Shown here in pieces: positions 39,331-44,281 of a stretch of 44,281 nt of DNA. How positions within the stretch are numbered: the stretch's first letter is position 1; the number at the start of each line of letters is the position of its first letter. Position numbers and translations under genes: made by a program. The DNA lies in the NCBI GenBank assembly GCA_004145215.1, contig SEAL01000020.1, positions 1 to 44,281 of the forward strand. The letters are read 5' to 3'. The notes under the pieces were generated by a model, which worked only from the letters and a program-made list of their open reading frames with translations, did not search any database and had not been told where the DNA came from. This DNA is from Chloroflexota bacterium (GTDB lineage: Bacteria > Patescibacteriota > Saccharimonadia > Saccharimonadales > Saccharimonadaceae).

Positions 39331-40596
39331 TTATATTCTCAAAAGTCGATTTAGTTTTTCTTTGATTGAATCGCTTTCGCCTACTCCAACTATTGTATCA
39401 TAGCCGACACGCAATAATCCCATCGCGGTAATAAAGGTATGGTCATTGACTGATCCGGTATCGTCATGAATGCCAACCACTTCTTCGGGCTGAATATGGT
39501 GCACGGATGGCTTTTTCGTAAATGGCAAATCTTTGTACCACTCTTTGGTCGATAACGCATCAACCAGTTGATCCAAGCTAGCACCGCCGCCACAGAGTAA
39601 GATACGGTTTGGCAAATGATCGACAGAATCAAACTCGCTCAGAGCAAGTTCAACACCAGCTAGCCATACGTCAAGAGTTTTTTCAATCGCGTCTTCGGCT
39701 TGCTTGCGGACGGTTGCCTTTATCTGTTCGTGGTGTAAATTGACCTTTAATTTTTCGGCATCTGTATACGTCAAATCCATTTCGCTCGCAATCGTGCGCG
39801 TAAAACTACGGCCACCGATACCAAACATCTTTGTACCCTCGACACCACCATCATTAACCACGGCGATATCTGTCGTTCCACCGCCGACATCTGCCAGGAT
39901 TGCGGTAAAGTTACTACTAGAATCAGTACCTAGTACGGATCGACTGACCGCAAATGGCTCGGCTGCAACAGCAACCAATTCTAGCGCCAGTTCATCAGCG
40001 ACGCGCTCTAGCGCACCGATGTGCACCATCGGCGCGAATGCCGTGTAAATCTGCACCGCTACGTCACGCCCCTGGAACCCAATTGGATTACTAACTTTAT
40101 AGCCATCAATATGAATACTGACGAGCGCACTATTCACCAGCTTTACTTCAACTTCTTCGTTGCCTGTCTCGAGACCAATCTGCTTTTGGGCTTTTACTTG
40201 GGCGCGTTCCTGAACTTTTTCAATGATAAATTCCATTTCGGCAGTATCCAGCGGCCGATCTGGCTGTGGGCGGCGATAGCGAATGGTATTCGTAACGCCT
40301 TTGACTAGTTCGCCGGCAATACCAATAACAACGCGTTTAGCCTGTAGTCCCGCTTGATCCTCGGCTTCGGACAAAGCTTCTTCGCAGTTACGAACAACGC
40401 CAGATATATCTGCTATCGCACCACTGTGCATGTCGCTGACATCCTGACGAGCACGACCAACGCCAACAATCGACAACGAGTCGTCTTTGACCTTTGCGAT
40501 CAACACTTTGACGAACTCTGTTCCTATATCAAGACCGACGATATAGTCGTTATCAACTTTTTCTTTGCGAGCCGCTCGTATTTTATCAAAAACCAT
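39331..40596 (-). CDS. ftsA: Actin-like ATPase, FtsA-like (FtsA/PilM superfamily)
   Basis: 421 aa. IVGLDIGTEFVKVLIA (phosphate 1), ILADVGGGTTDIAVV (phosphate 2) and LLCGGGASL (adenosine motif). The domain order resembles FtsA more than PilM. Confidence 0.65.
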   Translation of the reverse strand: MVFDKIRAARKEKVDNDYIVGLDIGTEFVKVLIAKVKDDSLSIVGVGRARQDVSDMHSGAIADISGVVRNCEEALSEAEDQAGLQAKRVVIGIAGELVKGVTNTIRYRRPQPDRPLDTAEMEFIIEKVQERAQVKAQKQIGLETGNEEVEVKLVNSALVSIHIDGYKVSNPIGFQGRDVAVQIYTAFAPMVHIGALERVADELALELVAVAAEPFAVSRSVLGTDSSSNFTAILADVGGGTTDIAVVNDGGVEGTKMFGIGGRSFTRTIASEMDLTYTDAEKLKVNLHHEQIKATVRKQAEDAIEKTLDVWLAGVELALSEFDSVDHLPNRILLCGGGASLDQLVDALSTKEWYKDLPFTKKPSVHHIQPEEVVGIHDDTGSVNDHTFITAMGLLRVGYDTIVGVGESDSIKEKLNRLLRI

Positions 40597-40675
40597 AGTT
40601 GTACGTATTATATACCAAATATGCTTATGGTGGCAAAGTATTGTTTAATTTAATAAAATATGCTATAATATTATT

Positions 40676-41689
40676 ATGAATAGTGTCAAAGAACCTACAC
40701 CTCCGAGGCGGCGAATGGACGTCGTCTTTTCTGACAAGGAACCGATTGAAAAAGATGATTTTGAGCACATCGAAGCGCTGACAAAAAGTACTAATAAATT
40801 AGCAAGTGCGCTCGATACGTCCGCTTACCCCACTTCAATTGATTCCTATTTTTCGTACGAGGATAGCCAACTGTCAAATATAATACTTCCCGATTCGATA
40901 CGCACTATGATCGAAAGTTCTCAAAAGCCAAATATATTAGACCAGATAACTATCGATTACGGCCGCGAGCCAGAAACTTCTTTTGTCGAAATTACTATTC
41001 AATTACATCTAACAGAGGTTGCTAAGGAATTAGGACAAATGCCCGTTAAACGTATTGTCAATTGCCATACTAGCGGTGAAAATTCGACAAATATCATTCT
41101 CGACGTTGCAGATACAGACAGTGCGTCGAACACCTTTCCCCTAATTAGCGAGGAAGAGCTGTATCGAATGATTACCAGTATCGTCACGCGCGATAACCAC
41201 GAATTAGCTGATTTCATACATCTGTTTGACGAGCAAGCTTTTAAACATTACCTCCATAATCCGCTTTCCTACGATGATATCGCAAAGCTCTTCGACCAGA
41301 GCGCGTCTTTGAGTATGACAGATGCATTTTATTCGATTGAAGACCCTGTTACGATGCTGCCGGTTACTGTACAGACGCGAAAAATCGATGCCGAATTCAG
41401 CCGTGTCGACTTTGCGCTAGCAACAGGGCTTGATGGAGAGTCATGGATAAAAGTTCACTCGGAACAATCACCCGCACCGATTGTACATGCGCACAAAGAT
41501 GAAGATAGCGATTTTTTTGGAAACAAAAACGGCTCATCGGACTATGCACCAGCGACAACGTTTCGCCAATCTAACTTAACATTCACGCATTACGCGAACG
41601 GAGCGGCGGAGTCACCCTATGATCCAACGGTGACTGATTTCGATGCGATTATGGACATCCAGCACAATATCGCTGAAAAATATAACTAA
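40676..41689 (+). CDS. Hypothetical acidic protein
   Basis: 337-aa ORF divergent from ftsA. Asp/Glu/Ser-rich, with no TM helix and no recognised motif. Confidence 0.5.
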   Translation: MNSVKEPTPPRRRMDVVFSDKEPIEKDDFEHIEALTKSTNKLASALDTSAYPTSIDSYFSYEDSQLSNIILPDSIRTMIESSQKPNILDQITIDYGREPETSFVEITIQLHLTEVAKELGQMPVKRIVNCHTSGENSTNIILDVADTDSASNTFPLISEEELYRMITSIVTRDNHELADFIHLFDEQAFKHYLHNPLSYDDIAKLFDQSASLSMTDAFYSIEDPVTMLPVTVQTRKIDAEFSRVDFALATGLDGESWIKVHSEQSPAPIVHAHKDEDSDFFGNKNGSSDYAPATTFRQSNLTFTHYANGAAESPYDPTVTDFDAIMDIQHNIAEKYN

Positions 41690-42003
41690 ATCAACACCGC
41701 TTTAACACGGCGGATACCGGCAGAGCTCGACTCTTCTTTGGTAACCTTGAAGGTTTTACCGTCTTCGGCCAGCTGACCTGTGTGGTCAACATGAGGGCCG
41801 CCGCAAATCTCAAAACTAACTCGTTTTGGCTCATCACCCATTTTGTATACTTTGACCGTATCCCCATATTTGTCACCAAACGCGCCGATTGCGCCCATTT
41901 CGAATGCCTGATCAGTCGGGTATTCCTGGAATGATACCGGCAGATCCCAGCTAATCCATTCATTAACGAGTGCCTCTACTTGGTCCAGTTGTTCACGCGT
42001 CAC
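41686..42003 (-). CDS. alaS: AlaRS editing-domain C-terminal fragment (tRNA_SAD remnant), separated from the catalytic part by a frameshift
   Basis: 105 aa with FGDKYGDTVKVYKMGD, SFEICGGPHV (the CxxxH half of the Zn site) and AGIRRVKAV. The frame is open upstream through QHGSNITEERLRFDFNNDEK. Its GTG start overlaps the upstream TGA (GTGA). Confidence 0.7.
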   Translation of the reverse strand: MTREQLDQVEALVNEWISWDLPVSFQEYPTDQAFEMGAIGAFGDKYGDTVKVYKMGDEPKRVSFEICGGPHVDHTGQLAEDGKTFKVTKEESSSAGIRRVKAVLI

Positions 42004-43511
42004 TTTTTCGTCGTTATTAAAATCAAATCGCAGGCGTTCTTCGGTAATATTACTGCCATGCTGCGTGTATGGTATTTCTTGTGCTGCAGTGTCTGGCCAC
42101 CCAGGCCGCCCTTGAATGTGCCTTTTGCGGCAGTCTGTGAACGTGCTCGCTGTTCGGCCATTTTGTCGTCGAACTCTTGGCGCCAGTTGTCTGACAATGT
42201 GATTTCTTGTTTGTATGCCTCTTCCGTTGATAGTTCGACAGGGAAGCCGAATGTATCATACAGCGTGAATAATTCAGCGCCGGTTAGTCCGTTATCTGAA
42301 AATTTCTCTAGCTGCTTTAGACCTTTTCGAAGTGTCTGACGGAAGACCTTTTCTTCTTTGGCGAGCACTGCAACGACCGTATCGCGATTAGCTTTTACTT
42401 CTGGGTAATCTTCGACGTACATATCAGCGATAACAGGGACGATCTCTTCAAAGAAATTCTGTTCGATGCCCAGATCAAATGCAAAACGAATAGCGCGACG
42501 CAGTAAACGGCGCATGACATATCCCTGCTCTTTGTTGGCAGGTACAGTACCGTCAACCGCTAGGAACGTTGCCGCGCGCAGGTGATCGGCGATAACCCGC
42601 ATGCTTTCGGTGTGAGATTCGTACTTTTTGCCGCTGAGTGACTGTAGTTTTTCGATGATTGGCCATAACAGACTGATACGGAACACATCGGGACTATTCA
42701 ATTGCGCTGCGGCGATTCGCTCTAGACCGCCACCAAAATCGACGTTCTTGCGAACAAGCGGCTCGAATGAACCATCGTCCAAACGGCGATACTGCATAAA
42801 GACCTGGTTACCAATTTCCATGAACTGACCACTATCGCTGGCTGGATGCGCCAGGCCATAGCCTTCGGCGTGGTTTTGTGGACCAAAGTCATAGAATACT
42901 TCACTGTCTGGTCCGCACGGATCACCGATCGGTGTTTTGTCCAACCCGCCGCCGCGACTCCACCAGTTTTCGCCGTCATCATAAAAGAATATGCGTCCGC
43001 CCTGCATGCCTAGTTTGTCGCCATTTTCAGCACTGCCTAACTCGACAATCTTTGCATCGATACCCGCTTCGCTGAATACTGTTTTCCAGATCTGTGCGGC
43101 TTCGTCATCACGCGGAATGCCATGTGATTCGTCGCCAATAAAACATGTCACATAGATCTTGTTTGCATCCAGCCCAACTTTTTCCGTCAGAAATTCAAAG
43201 AACCAACGAATCTGCTGTTCTTTGAAATAATCGCCCATACTCCAATTACCCAGCATTTCAAAGAATGTCGTATGACGATTGTCGCCAACGTCTTCGATAT
43301 CCTGCGCACGTAAACATGTCTGACTGTCGACCAGGCGATTACCTTTCGGGTGTTTCTGGCCTAGCAAAAATGGCAAAAGCGGCTGCATGCCGCTACCAGT
43401 AAATAATGTCGTTGGATCGTCTTTTAAGACCAGTGGCGCACGCGAAATAACTTCGTGCATTCGTTCAGCATAGAATTTTAAGTATTCGTTACGGATTTGT
43501 TGAGCATTCAT
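42000..43511 (-). CDS. alaS: Alanine--tRNA ligase, aminoacylation plus tRNA-recognition domains
   Basis: 503 aa. Contains FTGSGMQPLLPFLLG, HTTFFEMLGNWSMGDYFK, VDFGGGLERI and YVMRRLLRRAIR. The last ~22 residues (RSMAVILPKNACDLILITTKK) are out-of-frame read-through. Confidence 0.9.
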   Translation of the reverse strand: MNAQQIRNEYLKFYAERMHEVISRAPLVLKDDPTTLFTGSGMQPLLPFLLGQKHPKGNRLVDSQTCLRAQDIEDVGDNRHTTFFEMLGNWSMGDYFKEQQIRWFFEFLTEKVGLDANKIYVTCFIGDESHGIPRDDEAAQIWKTVFSEAGIDAKIVELGSAENGDKLGMQGGRIFFYDDGENWWSRGGGLDKTPIGDPCGPDSEVFYDFGPQNHAEGYGLAHPASDSGQFMEIGNQVFMQYRRLDDGSFEPLVRKNVDFGGGLERIAAAQLNSPDVFRISLLWPIIEKLQSLSGKKYESHTESMRVIADHLRAATFLAVDGTVPANKEQGYVMRRLLRRAIRFAFDLGIEQNFFEEIVPVIADMYVEDYPEVKANRDTVVAVLAKEEKVFRQTLRKGLKQLEKFSDNGLTGAELFTLYDTFGFPVELSTEEAYKQEITLSDNWRQEFDDKMAEQRARSQTAAKGTFKGGLGGQTLQHKKYHTRSMAVILPKNACDLILITTKK

Positions 43512-43552
43512 CTCTGTTATTGTATCAGATCATGAATCAAGGCGAAACAGTA

Positions 43553-44020
43553 TTAGCAGCCACCGCTAATATCACCAAGAGTAAAGCTCTTGCCGACGTC
43601 ATTAGAAAACTTATAGTCGCCAGCGCGCGCATAATCCCACCACGTCACTTCCGCTCCTCCAGTAGGACTTACACAATAGGCGACTGATTTGGTCCAATCT
43701 ATCGTATGCCTGTCCGTATACCCGGCGCTATACGAATATAGCGTCACTCCAGCGGGTAGTTTCACTTCTTGTGGAGTCGTTGATGCACTAAACTCCGCAA
43801 TAGTTGGATAACGGCTATTATACGCGTAAAAAATCTGCGCTTTCTTAGAGACATCCTTTGCCAAGGATTGAGATTGAGTTGCCTTTGCACGATTTTGTAT
43901 CCCGTTAAATGAAACAATTGTTATCGCCGCCAGAATACCGATTACAACAATTACAATAAGTAGTTCGACTATGGTAAAACCGGATGTTTTGCGGTTATGA
44001 TTATTTAAAATAACGCTCAT
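43553..44020 (-). CDS. Type IV pilin (PilA-like)
   Basis: 155 aa. MSVILNNHNRKTSG|FTIVELLIVIVVIGILAAITIVSFNG. A TATAAT sits only 7 nt before the ATG, so the mRNA may be leaderless. Confidence 0.8.
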   Translation of the reverse strand: MSVILNNHNRKTSGFTIVELLIVIVVIGILAAITIVSFNGIQNRAKATQSQSLAKDVSKKAQIFYAYNSRYPTIAEFSASTTPQEVKLPAGVTLYSYSAGYTDRHTIDWTKSVAYCVSPTGGAEVTWWDYARAGDYKFSNDVGKSFTLGDISGGC

Positions 44021-44059
44021 GCTTTTAATTATATAGTATATACATAAATATTGTGAAAA

Positions 44060-44281
44060 CTACACAATAATGCCACCGCCAAGGCAGACATCGCCATCAT
44101 ACATAACCACCGATTGCCCTGGCGCGACAGCACGTTGCTGATCGTGGACAGCAAGGCGGACTGTGCCGTCAGATTCAGTCGTCAATGTCGCATCAACTAG
44201 CGGTGCTCGGTGGCGGATACGAATCTGATAGACGCCAGATTTCGGCGTATCGTTAATCCAATGAACGGATTGCAAATCGAC
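44060..44281 (-). CDS. mnmA: tRNA 2-thiouridine(34) synthase MnmA, C-terminal part (5' end off the right edge)
   Basis: The C-terminal barrel motif IRIRHRAPL...AVAPGQSVVMYDGDVCLGGGII matches MnmA. The frame stays open to base 44281. Confidence 0.8.
   Translation of the reverse strand, partial: VDLQSVHWINDTPKSGVYQIRIRHRAPLVDATLTTESDGTVRLAVHDQQRAVAPGQSVVMYDGDVCLGGGIIV

Overview
A gene-dense (~90% coding), ~44% GC window, mostly housekeeping genes on the minus strand. I infer a reduced-genome bacterium, probably a CPR/Saccharibacteria-like episymbiont. Support: several type IV pilin genes, a short AlaRS with no C-Ala domain, and compact versions of conserved proteins. Standard genetic code.

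Confidently recognised genes: typA, tRNA-Leu(GAG), secG, pepP-like, uvrC, trhO, an MsbA-like ABC exporter, rplY(ctc), dedA, uvrA, sbcB, obg, ruvX, mltG, ftsA-like, alaS, a pilA-like pilin and partial mnmA. There is also a trehalase / GDE-like / GT4 sugar cluster, ZIP and VIT metal transporters, and a four-gene pilin operon with two very large pilin-like proteins. I saw no rRNA, CRISPR array, transposase or integrase.

Most notable observations:
1. A ~790-bp ORF-free, GC-rich, hairpin-dense locus (28848-29640) with its own near-consensus promoter and two antisense-overlapping small ORFs. I could not assign it to any RNA family I know.
2. Four conserved genes with discrete lesions within 19 kb: an in-frame ~65-codon deletion in uvrA, a deletion plus frameshift in alaS, an in-frame TAG plus missing TM segment in mltG, and a 1-nt frameshift in a CHAP hydrolase.
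3. A ~265-nt promoter-defined leader upstream of the CHAP hydrolase, a riboswitch candidate.
4. A 29-bp near-perfect palindrome over the ZIP transporter promoter, resembling a metalloregulator operator.
5. A two-gene orphan islet of basic proteins (20.8-22.3 kb) ending in a 15-17 bp stem-loop.

All coordinates and pairings were worked out by hand from the sequence. All family names rest on remembered motifs, not database searches.
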